In this document: in pieces, positions 36,688 through 48,631 of the stretch
How positions within the stretch are numbered: position 1 is the stretch's first letter
Layout: every line of letters begins with the position of its first letter
Source: Haplodiscus bocki
Lineage: Eukaryota
NCBI GenBank assembly: GCA_965655095.1
Contig: OZ296654.1
Location: forward strand, 46,949,370-46,998,000
DNA length: 48,631 nucleotides
Direction of reading: 5' to 3'
Program-made: the position numbers and the translations under genes
The notes under the pieces: generated by a model
What the model was told of the DNA's origin: nothing
The model's input: only the letters and a program-made list of their open reading frames with translations
The model's database searches: none

Positions 36688-36849
36688 ATTGCTGCTTACT
36701 GTTGCAAATTTGGGAGTTTCATTTGGAGGCGAGGTTGATGGAAGGTCACCTCCATTTGCACTGATCGAGTTTGGGCGAATGCCCGACAACCCTTCTGAAT
36801 GACCGATGGATTTGCTTTGTCGATGACGCACTCGTAAAGGGTGAACGGT

Positions 36850-37770
36850 TCTTCAAGGCAAGGTGAAGCAAGTATCGGAGATGAGGTTGTGACAACTTCA
36901 AAGACTCAAATGCGTCCTGAGCCGCAGGTGTTCATTCAAATTTCGTCGATGCTTCTTTAGCTTTTTGCAAAGAACGTGCTATTTCTGGAACTTTTGGTTC
37001 AAAGCTTCGGTAATACGAGGCAGGTCTCAAAAACTACTTCACTTCAGTCTGACTTCTGGGTATCGAATCTGTTTTGCATCTGTTGAACGGCATCTGTTTT
37101 GCTCTGTTTTGCTAGGATGAACCTTTAGTCTGTCTTTATTTACTATGTGACCAAGAAACTGGACTTTCATCCTGAAAAAGTCAAATTTGACTGGATTGAT
37201 TTTTAAATTGTGGCCTCGGAATCGTTCAAAAACAAGTCGCAATTAATCGAGGTGTTCTTCGAGGGAGGTCGAAAATTGATATTATCTTCCAGATAAGGCA
37301 CACAAATTTTCCAAATTAGACCAAGAAGAACTTTTTCGACCAGGCATTCGAAATTTGGCGGACTACCAGTTAGTCCCATCGGCATGAGTAGCCACTTGAA
37401 ATATACAAATGGTGTACTGAAAGCTGTGTATTCCTGCGAAAGCTCCTCCATAGGAGCCTGACAGAATCCGGCGGACATATTAATGGAGGTGAAGTTGGCA
37501 CTACCTTCCAACGTGTCAGATATTTCTTCAATGGACGGAATGGGCCACTTCGATTCACTATGTTTGCTTATTCAATTGGCGATAGTCAAATAATAGTCGC
37601 AACTTTGCGTTCTTTTTGTGGATTAACAGACCAGGTGCACTGTACGGGCTATTACATGGTGTTAATAGCTTTTTTTCCAAAAAAAACCTCAGTTTTTTTC
37701 CGCAGGTCTGCTTTGTAATGCAATGGCATCGCAAATCTCGGAATTTTTAGAGGTTTTGATCCAGGTTCTA
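36850..37770 (-). pseudogene. Gypsy reverse transcriptase
   Basis: TAFSTPF..FKWLLMPMGLTGSP..YLED (YLDD)..LKINPVKFDFFRMKVQFLGHIV. Confidence 0.9.
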
Positions 37771-38246
37771 CTTCAATTCATTGCGTTGTGACATCACACT
37801 TATGTAAATCCCAATGTCGTTTGGAAAAGATATCGGAAAAAACTTTCATAAAGGATTCAATTTGGTCTTGAAAGCGCTCTGGGCTATCTTTGTCAACGGA
37901 ATTTTTTAAAATGTTCAAATCGTATTTGTTATTTTTGACTGGCACTGTTGATGATTTAGACAATTTCGAAATGTTATTTATCACCACTTCTGGTGCTATT
38001 TCAGAGAAGCCGAGTGTTGTGTTTCTGAATATGGTGATCTCTTCTTCGGTTTTGTTGTCAGTAGCTATCGGAAATAACTTTTGGGTAAAGTCAAAAAAGT
38101 ACTTTTTGAGCAGACACTTCGTTTTTTCGTTCAAATTTGTCTGTAGGTTCGAAAAGTGCGCAGACCTGTTCTGGGGGTCGTTTCCGTTTGGGTATCTGGG
38201 CAGGGATGTTTTTCGTGTCACCAGGGGAAACTGAGAGTGTCTCAGT

Positions 38247-38639
38247 TCAAATGACTGAAAAAACGTTGCCATGGGCATAGTCGAGCTGTTCGTGATGCAG
38301 GGGAGCAAAATTGTGCGAATTTGATTGTAATTCCATGCAAAAGAATAGTGGGTCACATTTGTTTGTTTCGAGAAACTCTAAGCCTAGCAAACAATCCGCT
38401 TCTGATTTATCGAGGACGCAGAAATTTTGCTCATATGATTTCGGTCCAATGATTACAGGTAAATGAACGACACCTTTTACCTCAATGGGTAATCCGTTTG
38501 CAGCTCTGAGTTCCCTCGGACATGGTTTTAGATCGAGTTTGTGAGTTTGCTTCAATTCGTCAAAAGTTAAAGGACTAAGACGTGAAACACTTCCGCCGCA
38601 ATCACAGACTGCTCCAGTTTGCTGTTCACAATTTTTCAT
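38247..38639 (-). pseudogene. Gypsy aspartic protease
   Basis: AVCDCGGSVS (D-T/S-G-like), LRAANG, CLLGLEFL. Confidence 0.85.
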
Positions 38640-38749
38640 TTCAATAAAAATACTTCGAGTATCTACTACTGAGTTAAGAGTTATACTTGTTTGTGGACAT
38701 TTCCTGAAGATATTGCTTGCGCGAAGACCCGTTGGCGTAAACTTGTTGA

Positions 38750-38756
38750 GTTTAAA
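38750..38756 (-). promoter_or_regulatory. Probable -1 frameshift slippery heptamer TTTAAAC at the gag/pol junction
   Basis: Lies just after the gag zinc knuckles and before the protease. Confidence 0.6.
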
Positions 38757-38759
38757 ATA

Positions 38760-39850
38760 CTTGTTCTCGGGATGCGGTACTCATGACGAAAATTTTCAAC
38801 TTTCAAGCAAAAAAAACAAGTTTTGCATTCTTTGGAGGTATGATTAGTTCTTTTGCAATGCGTAAATGTTTGGCTTCGGGACCTGATTGCACCGTTGTAG
38901 CTTCATCGTCCAAATTGAGAATTAAAGTCATGTTGCCTGTTTTGTTATGGTGATTGATGTCGTTGTCATTCCCGCAGCTCTGGAAGTTTGTGGTTTGATG
39001 GTTGCTTCTTCTAAAGTGACCGCGAGGTTTTACGCTGTTGTCCTGGATTATACTCTCAAGAGTCGTGTCTGTGGCCATATCTGTGGCGTGAACCATCATG
39101 ATTGTCTTGTAGATTGGGCGAAGGCATGTATACATTGCAATTGTCTCGTGGGTCATTTCGGTATCTTCTTCTTGTGTTCTCCCGTGAATCAATCTCATTT
39201 CTCCTGTCCATGTCTATATTTGTTTGGCGTTCTCTGCTACGAGAATTATCGCGTGATCCTCGGTAGCCATTTTGGGGCATGTTATCGGTGTATCTTTTAA
39301 TCGACTGGACGCATTCATTGAAATTAGCAGTGTTGTCTGTCAGGAAATGATTAGTCATGTGATTCATACCGGCGGAGTTGACGCTGATAGTCCCAATGGG
39401 GTTTCTTCCTTCTAATTCCAGGTACACCTGCAGTTCGAGTTGATTTGTCAAAGCGTGGTCAGCGTTCTCAGATTTTAACTTCCTCAATTACCATCGGAGG
39501 GTAGAGTTATTTAGGCCTTCTATTCAGAGGGTTACGACAAATTGTTTAGGCAAATGGAGGTGGTTGCGATACACGCTACGGGCTGAGGTCGAATGTCGCA
39601 AAGAAACGTGGCAATGTCTTGTCCAATTGTTGCCTGGCGGCCTTCAATCGAGCTTTCAAAATTTCTACGTTTGTTGTGCAATTTTGGGGGAAAGCGTCCA
39701 CCATACGGTTATTACCGTTTTGAGGATCTTCGGGGAGTGTTGCAAAGAAATGAAGTGCATTGCTTTTTAATCGGACTGCAAATTATTGATGTCAGTAATC
39801 GTGTGAACAAGGGCGTTATCAAACAGACAGATATGCGACTGTGTTAAATT
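38760..39850 (-). pseudogene. Gypsy gag with two tandem CCHC zinc knuckles
   Basis: THCKRTNHTSKEC-KTCFFCLKV..FRHE, preceded by an R/S/N-rich low-complexity region. Confidence 0.75.
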
Positions 39851-39860
39851 GCCCCAAATA

Positions 39861-39910
39861 ATCCTGAAATCCTGAAAACATTTCTATATCCTGAAAAAAA
39901 TCCTGAAAAC
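39861..39910 (+). repeat. Four ATCCTGAAA repeats, possibly subterminal repeats of a DNA transposon
   Basis: Copies at 39861, 39869, 39888 and 39900, right where Gypsy similarity ends. Confidence 0.5.
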
Positions 39911-40599
39911 ATATTTATATATGGAAGTCCACAAGCCCACGACGAGAAGTTGTTGTCAGCGGTTTTGTTAACTCTTCTTGCTTTCGCACTGTATCTCAAA
40001 AGTCCGGCTCTTCTTTCAACGTTTCCAAAAAGTTAGGAGAAAATGTGAAGTTTTACTGAATTTTCGCTGGAGAAACTAATTGTTGGTATTCACATAGAAA
40101 AGTGATTTTCAAATGGATTATGATAAAGTAGATGTACACACAGAGTTAGAATTTTTAACAAGAAAATGAAGTCAGAGGAAGTTTTTTTTGGTTGAATAAA
40201 ACAAAGGACTGGCCAAAAACGTCTTGGAATCCGTGACATACAAGCTTCTAATTACATGCCACTCCTTCAAAAATCTTCTAATTTAGAACCTACTGCAGAC
40301 AAGTGAAACACAGATAGTATCTATGTTTTTTTATTGTGTTCATGTGCCCAATTACTTATGGTAAACGAGCAACGACATTGTCTATCGAAAATTAATCAGC
40401 ACTTCACCGAATTGAATTCAGGAAAAACACAATTCCCATAAAGGCATAGGAGTTTTTTGAAATTTAACCAAACTGAATGTCAGTGTTTTCTATTTTTCAA
40501 CAAAAATGAATGTAATATCACTATTACGCAAAACATAAAGCTATTAAGAAGTTGGAGTACTTTTTTTTTATTCCCCTAAATCATTTGTTGTATGATAAC

Positions 40600-43500
40600 T
40601 AAAACATAACTAATGCAAAAAGAGTAATATGTCCAGATTTCTGTATGTGAAAGTAAAAATACCACTCATGTTGTAATCATGTTCCAATCAACCTGGACGC
40701 GTCGACAGAACAAGACGTTTGCAACATGGCAAAAATGAATCCTGATTGAAGAAAAAATGTACTTATTGCTTTATGACAAAAAGTTAACCAATATGGAAAA
40801 CTGCTGATTTTGACTGTATGAACCTCCCAATGAACGAATGCATTCACAAAAAATTGCGTGCAAGTAGACCAATTCCACTAGTTTACTATAAAAAAAACAT
40901 TTAATGATTAGAACTTCTGAATGAAAAAACACGGACAAAACTATTAGTGTGAGAAGCTACTTTGTTCGATGTTTCCTAAACAGGATGTTACAAATATAGT
41001 TTTTCTAGAGACACTTTTTCCAAAATGAGATGCCTGTAATCCATAACAGCATTTATACCGATAACATGCATTTTCGTTTTTAGTTTTGTGAATTAGATTT
41101 GGAAAAGGAAAACAAAAATATTGCAGAATATTGTCATTAACTAGGTAAATTCATCCGAATAATTTTCGATAAACAACGTAATAAATGCACAAAAGAAATA
41201 GGAACATTTTTTCTAACCGTTATCCATATCAACTCCGCGTATGATTGCTAATATTAGTCAGAGAAAAAATAATAGCGCTTACTGGAAAAAAATGAAGGGA
41301 ATTTCATTAAGGAAATTCATTAAGAGGAAATTATTGCCAAATCGCCAGATAACTAGATAAGTGCCAAGAAAGATAATTAGAGAATTGAACAAAATTGATT
41401 AGATACTAAGATGGTAGTTTAAGTGGCGTCCATTTTGAGGAATAACAGCACAACAAAAACCCACCCAACTTCCGTTTTGTTTTTTCACACTATTCTCAAA
41501 ACGGACAAAATTTCCTTTCTTTATGTTTCCTCCACCCCCCAAAACATCTTTGTACTTGTACAATCAAAGATATGTTCAGCTATGTCCCACTTTTTAAACG
41601 TATTTTTCCTTAAAATTGAGGATATAAATGATTCTATGGGTGTTGTTACTATTTTACTGCATGATAGTGTTGTGTCAGGTGATTAGGATTGTGTTGTGGT
41701 TGTCAACTACCAAGTCTTAGGCCACCAATACTGAAAGAAGATCCAAGTGATGTAAAAAAATAGTACCAATGGCGATCCACTTTCACACACAAGTAGGAAA
41801 AATTGTTTCACATATGTTTAGGGGTGTTTTCTTGCAAACTTTCAAGTTTGAATTTAGGCTTGATATGTTTAAAAAGATCATTTAAAAGAAAATCAACTAA
41901 AATTTTCTTTTCAAAGGTCAGATTTATGCAAAAACTCTTGTGCAAAGTCCACATGCTATCAATAGAATTTTTTGTGTATTGTCTAAATGGGGATACAAAA
42001 ACATGTTGATCTACTTGAAAAAAATAATCTGCTGTGAAAATTCATGATAGAAATAAAAGTGTGCATGAACACATTGACAAAACCTGCACTTAAGGTTTAT
42101 TGGATATGGTTGGTTATGCATCAAAAGATCGAAGTGTTTATAGATAACATTCAATTGTTTTTGGTTAATGTAGTTACATTGGGTGTCGGATATCTAAAAA
42201 AAAGAGAAACGAGAAAAAAATTTTTTGAAATTATTCCCATCCGTCTTAACAAAAAACCAAGTCAACTTGAGGCCTAAAATTCAAAAAAAAATTGTAGAGA
42301 ATTCATCAACAGACTTTTATATAAGTAGAGGTATTGAAAAATGTCGTAGATAAACGTTTAAAGTTGCAATGCTTGCTGGAAAAGTCATCAGAACAATCTA
42401 TAGTGTTCCCGAAGGATGCGGTTTTTATATAGGACTTGCTTATTGGGTTGATGAACTTCTTTCAATAGTTAAAAAATTGATAGGAATTGTTTCTCTCAAA
42501 AAAACTGACACATTTTAAAACGTCAGAAAGAGCTGCGAAAAAGTAAGTTTCAAATTTCTCAAAGAGAAGCGTAAGATAATAAACCAAATTTTAAGATAGG
42601 TGTTTTCGTAGGAGCAACAACATACGTAAAACTTTTTCTGGAGAATATATTAGAAATTAGAGTTATAATCTGTCTACAGTTACAAATTTTCAATGAGATA
42701 CAACACTCAGTTTCTCTCCAGGAATAATGGGCAAAACCAACAGTTCACAAAGCGAATTTTTTTCCTGAAAAGTACTACGAAGCAATACCAAAAGTAACAG
42801 AAAGACAAAATGAGAAGTTAGGTGAAAAAATGAAATGAAACTAAATAAAGACCACAAAAAAGACCTCAAAGCGAATAATTCTCCAAAGTTCTAATGTATA
42901 TCTGCTAGAGAAGAGAAAGAATAGGTTTTTGGGAAAATTTATTTTTGAATCTTTTTTAAACACATGTTTGAAAAGGGAAACTTTGTCATAAAAAAGCATA
43001 CTTAGCAGAAAACAATCAATCGCTAGCCAAACAAAGCCTTCGGGCCACCATGAATGATATATTATTTGTAATGATTGGAAAACTAACCTTAAATAAAAAT
43101 TTTCGAAAAGCATATTGAGTCTAATTTTCCTTATGAAAATCCCAATTTGAAAAAATGAGATGTTCCGTTTTTGTCAATTTTGTCATTTACAAAATAAGAA
43201 TATCAAGTACGTTTTTGGAGTTAGTAAAACACATCTTTAAAAAAACTTTCGGATCAAATTTCCTCCAATTGGAAAATAGCTTCACTAATTGGCTTTCGAA
43301 GAACTAACCTTGTGAAGGCAAATTAAAAACATTGAAGAACCCCAAAAAACTACCAAAATAGAACTGAAGAAAAAGTTATTGATATAATACAAGTTATAGC
43401 ACTGAAAAAATTTTTGAACGAATTATGAAGAAGCTGTTTTGTGAAAACAGTGATTAAGTTGCAAAAGACATGGGAGAACATATTACGGTTATAGATCTTT

Positions 43501-46500
43501 TTACTGAAACTAACAATGAAAAGAGCAAAGAACAATGTTTATGGTAGGCGCTAGGGTTTCATAGGATATAAAAGCAGTTTAAAACTTCCATGAACGAAAA
43601 ATTTTTTATCAAGTTTATGGAATAATATAGAACGCCCTTAAGATGCAGTATCAAAACGAATCCATTTTTTTTGTGATGAATGTGATGTCTAAAGGAAAAA
43701 ACACAATTTAAGGACACAATCTTTCTAGCAAATCCTTTTTTTCAGTAAAAAAAGATAACAACGCACAGTCTCCTCGTAACTGAAAAAACAATTATGAATA
43801 AAAATCATTGCCAAGATTTGTATCCAGAATTATTCGATTAATAATTTTTAAATCAGACTGAAAAGATGTAATTGGGTTCATGAAGTCAATATTTTGCAGA
43901 TTTTGTTAGGAAAAGTTAGAGTAGAGATGAATGAACTTGTTTTAGTTATAACATTTTTCCAAAAATCCCATTAAAGATTTAGGAACTCTTGAATATTTTC
44001 GTGTATGTTGTATGTTATGTTTATAAAAAAAACACATCATGAAAGTTCCTGAGAAGAGTTCAACAATGGAATCCTTTCCATGAAATATTTTCCAGATAAT
44101 CGTTCCAAATTGTTTAGTGATTACAGCAAGGCTTACACTATAGCAGAGTGAATAAGCCTTCATCAGTACTTGAAAAGTTTTTTATTACAATAGCAACAAG
44201 TTTTTGCAGAGAACTTTTTCTTCGCGAAAAATGACATCAATCGAAAAAAAGTTCAGAAACAAAGCTTTTTCTGGAATTGATAATGGAATTTTGAAGAAGT
44301 TTTATGCGGTAATTTTAAAATAATTGTAGTACTTAAAAAAAGATTTAAAAGGAGCTTTGGAACCAAAAAAAATGAAGCTGAAGAAAACGAAACAGAAAGA
44401 ATTTTTGAGTTTTTCCCGCATCGAAAACATATTGATTATAAGATTATAACCAAATTAAAGATGAATTTTCGGAGCAACTTTTGAGAAGACTGTGAATTTC
44501 ATTGACTCTTAATCTTTTTTTCGTAACATTTGTACAAAATAGCTTTTGGGATTTTTTTTAGACAAAACGCAATCAGACAGAAAACTTCGATAGGATTTTC
44601 TGCTTAAAACAAACACAGAATAGTGACGTTAGGAGTTGACAAAACGAAAATGCGTAGGAATTTTGCAACGATTTCTCAACTAAAACTCATTTAAAACATT
44701 ACAAGTCGAAAAAACACTTACTTGATAAAAGAAAATAATTGGAATTTAAGATAGAGGGAAAACATACAAAAACACATAATATGAGGGTCATATAAACTAT
44801 GATGGGCGCAAAAATTCCGAAAAAGAGCAAAACTCATTCCGAAAATCAAGTGAAACTTATATGCTACAGCTCTTTCAAGAAACTTCTGGAAAGTGATTTA
44901 ATTTAATGAGCACGAAAGTGATGAACACAAAAAAAATTGGCGAAGGCAACCAATAAGAAAGTAATTACTAAAACAAAAACTTTGAAAAATTCACTAGCTT
45001 GCAAGGCGAACACGGAGAAATTTTGTGATTTTCTTCAACATAAGGATTTCGAAGTCTTATACTACTCACCACGGAATCAACAAACACAAACCAGTCCTTA
45101 CGAAAATTGATTCAAACCCGTTTACTTTGTTCCCATAAACAGCCATTAGGACAAGGCTAGCATCTGTTAAACTTTACTTTGTCATTACAGAAGTGTCAAT
45201 CCATAAAAAAGACAAAAGTACGTAGTTCAGCAAAAAAAGCAATTGAGCCCAGATGGATTCTTTGTGAGTTTTTCCGATCAAAATCTGAAGTTATTTTTTA
45301 AACAAAGTAACACTTATGCTATACTTCAACGAGAAAAAAAGTAGTTATATTCAATCATGTAAAAACTGACAAAGATTTTATGAATATCAACATAGAATCT
45401 GGAATAGAAGTCGGAAAACAGGAACAAAAATTGAAGTTAGAGGATCACGATGGAAATTTAGTAGGCATATATCAACGAGAGTAAATTTACTTACAGCCAA
45501 AATAGCAAAAGCAGCATCATACTTCAAATCAATATTAAGGACATTTTGAAACGTTATAATGAAATTTGAAGTCACAAATTCGAGCTATATCGAGTAAATT
45601 AGGCCATATATCTCCGCCAAGGGGTATTCCCAAAATGTAGATCAGCGTCAAAAACACTAGATTGAACTAAGAACCGGTAGAAGCGAGCTCAATAATGGAG
45701 TAAGTGTTGATGACTTCGAAAAACAAGAGAATCCTCTCAATGTAATCAAAAATATAGTCGAGGTAATTGAAGGAACAACCCTAGTTCAACTATAAAATTG
45801 AGAATGTTTTCGTGAAGTTTACCAAAAGGAAAAAGTGGAGAAAACATTGAGGATTTTCACAAAGACCAGAAAAAACGAATACGAACTTTATGTTGAAGAA
45901 TGTAGAAAAACTGATTCAGGTTTAATTAGAGATTGATTTTTTAATGAGAAAGTATTATGTCTTTTTTAAAAGAGAAACTTTATCACTTTCATATTTATGT
46001 AAAATTTGTCTGAATTCATTTACTACTGGAAAATTAAAATTTAATGACGAAGCAATACGCTCTATGTTTTGTATTAAGAAAAGTCTCGATATTGGAAATG
46101 CAATAATACAAAGCTTTTCAAAGAGTTCGGAATTTATTCAGAGTTTTTTGTGACTTAGAATTTAGATGTAAAGCTAAAACAGAAAAAAATGTGACTTCTT
46201 AAAAACTCTTCATCATCAATTAACTGTATTTGTGAAACTTCCTTCTAATGAAAAGATGTGACTGAAGTTACTCCAGTTGGTTGTCATCATAGTTTTGGAG
46301 ATGAACCCAAAGGGTGATCTGTGAGAGAAATGCAAGTTCCACAACTTATATCGTATATCTTTTCATATTACATCGACAAAAAATATTATGACTAAAAAAT
46401 TTTAAAAAAGTAAACCAATGCATATAATTGTTGGTTAAAAAAAGATTTTGAACCATATGCAAACGAGCTACAACCAATGTCTTTTCAGAGGACAGTATAG

Positions 46501-48600
46501 AGGATTTGCCGATGAATCATGTAATCGTTACGAAAATACAATATTCATTTGTAACCGTATTTTTTGATGTGTTGAATAAAGATGACTCATATTTAATCAA
46601 CGGAAGTTCTGGAAGTACTCAAACTGATGGACACAATTTGAGGCAAATCCTGATACTAACGACCTTTTGCTTTCTGTAGCTTTTGAACGGTTAAATCTAT
46701 AGACTGAATTTTTTTAAGCTGTAAGTTTAGAAAAACTACCAAGATTTCGGGGAAGAAAATTGCTTTCAAACCGAAAAAGAATGGAAAAAAAGGATCAATT
46801 CGGATTATATTCATCAAACAATTAGCCTTCTCTCATCCTCAATTGAAGGACAGGGAAGACTTTGACTAGCCATTGGGCGGTACTAAAGGGAAGGAAACAT
46901 TCGAAAAGGACCAAGAAATCAGCACTTCGAGAAAAAAATAATTGCACGAAAGATTTTGGAAAAAACTAGACTTTTCTACTAGAAAAGAAACAACTCATAT
47001 CTGTAATAAACCGAATGTCACGTTATTGGCTGATGTTGCTGAAAAAGAATTTTTTTGGAACATATCAAGAGAAAACTTTCTTTGTTCTGATCTTCGCCGC
47101 AAGATACTTGAACTTTGGGTTGCTTCGAAATGTGAACGTTCAAAATTTACGGATCCAAACAAGTATTTATATGTATGTTTGGATAAATCAACAAGTTCAG
47201 TTCTTAGAAAATGAATGGTTCGAAAACAACAAGGAGTGAATTCGGATTTGATTGGATTTTTTTCCGGAAAAAGTAGCCCATTCTTCTGATTATTTTCCCT
47301 AAATTGAAGGTTGCGACGAGTTCTTCGGCGGAATTCAAGGAAACGTTTCTATTTTGGTAAAAAGAGGGAATTAGCAGTTGAAAATGAAAAAAGTCGTACT
47401 AGTGAGGTAAAAGCATAGTAGATGTTTAATCCTGATAAAAAATAACTGAGATCTATATTCGACCTGAGGTAAGGTTATTAGCTGATGTTTCAGAAGGATA
47501 AATTTTGAAAGATTTTAAAAGATTATAAACTTCAAAAATTGTTTTTATCAGCTTGACCTCGATTTATTTCAAAACGTTCATGAAAAAAGAAACTAACAGA
47601 GAAAAAAGACTTCCACAATTCAGAAATGATTTTGACAGATGTGAATGCGATTAAGGTTTCTCTGTCTAGATCTTTGGGAGATAGGAATGGAGTTTCAGAA
47701 TGAGATGAAGTACTGATATACATACATGCAAAAATTTTACATGCAGCTTTAATGTCACAATCGTTACCATAAACCGATACTAAATGCGAAAATATTGTTA
47801 ACCGGGAGGGCTTGCTCGAAGCTATAGACTTTTCTAACATTGTCTTGGCTTTTCAGATTGAATTAGATAAACTAAAATTGCAACCGATAAGCTTTCTGAA
47901 CCTCCATTTTGTCCAGAAAACAAAAATTCCAGTTTCTGATTTTTTTGAAAATTGGTAAAAGACAATACGAAAAAAGTAATCGGGAAGAAATTTTTTCTGA
48001 CTAGAAATGCAAGTACTTTTTTACTTTCTCGACATTTTAATTTCTAACTTGTCAAGAAATAGAGGTTTAAAGAAGCAGAGAAGTAAAACTTCTAGCGAAG
48101 CCATGGTAAAAACAAGACATTCGTAGAAACACTAGGTATAAGGTTGCAAATTAAAAAGAAACAATTTATAAACAAATAAGTGTCGCTTTTTATGGACAAA
48201 CAATAGTAAATGTACGCAACACGCTAGCAAAAGTTTTTAAATCAAAATGATACCGAAAAAAAATCTAAGCAACAAAACCAAAGAAATATTCAAAAAGTCT
48301 GTTTTGACTTTGAGCGTCTTTTTTTTTGAAAAAACAGACAGTGATTTCGTACAGACAAAACTGTGAAATTTGTAATTACATCACATGGGTTCTGAGGTCT
48401 TTTTGGTTCTTTCAAGACAGAAAACGTAATAGTTGAACCACAAGAAATAAAGATTTCTCATTGGTGGAAACTGCTGGTGCTAGAACCAACAATATTTTTT
48501 ATAGTTACTTAGAAAAAACTCGTCACCTAAATTCGATTATAAATAAAGAATCTATAGGTTAGTTTAAAAAATGAACTCATCAAAAAATACACTGACAGTT
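40600..48600 (+). other. Long unidentified decayed coding-like region
   Basis: Persistent plus-strand A/purine bias and a chain of short ORF fragments on both strands; no motif confidently recognised. Confidence 0.25.
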
Positions 48601-48631
48601 TTTGGGCTTGAGGAGCTAAATTTTTCTTCTG

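Larger units (their letters stand above)
34511..39850 (-). mobile_element. Ty3/Gypsy LTR retrotransposon internal region, decayed; LTRs not seen
   Basis: Order gag(CCHC)-PR-RT-(RH deleted)-macrodomain-IN. Confidence 0.92.

Noticed and set aside
37890-39847. Plus-strand ORFs overlapping the Gypsy element
   Set aside because: Antisense shadows of gag/pol with no independent motifs
46588-46630. LINGSSGSTQT as a Walker A motif
   Set aside because: Lacks GK[T/S] and no supporting Walker B was found

Overview
AT-rich, repeat-dense eukaryotic (animal-like) DNA with two N gaps. No intact host gene or RNA gene is recognisable. Two decayed, syntenic Polinton/Maverick (adintovirus-like) elements dominate the window. 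Element A (~2832-12700) is truncated inside its major capsid gene. Element B (~13879-28437) is near-complete, with terminal inverted repeats (TIRs), HTH protein, adenain-type protease, two tandem penton paralogues, A32-like packaging ATPase, double-jelly-roll capsid, rve integrase and protein-primed PolB. Three copies of the element terminus (consensus AATAATATACTATATTGCG) suggest that B was inverted after inserting, with a probable 6-bp target-site duplication (TSD), into another element's ORF. Downstream are a LINE APE-endonuclease fragment and a minus-strand Ty3/Gypsy retrotransposon whose pol carries a TARG1/OARD1-like macrodomain between RNase H and integrase. There is also a CACTG-terminated MITE and about 11 kb of unidentified decayed coding-like DNA. 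Essentially all recognisable element genes are pseudogenised. Identifications come from motifs read by eye across stops and frameshifts, and boundaries are approximate.
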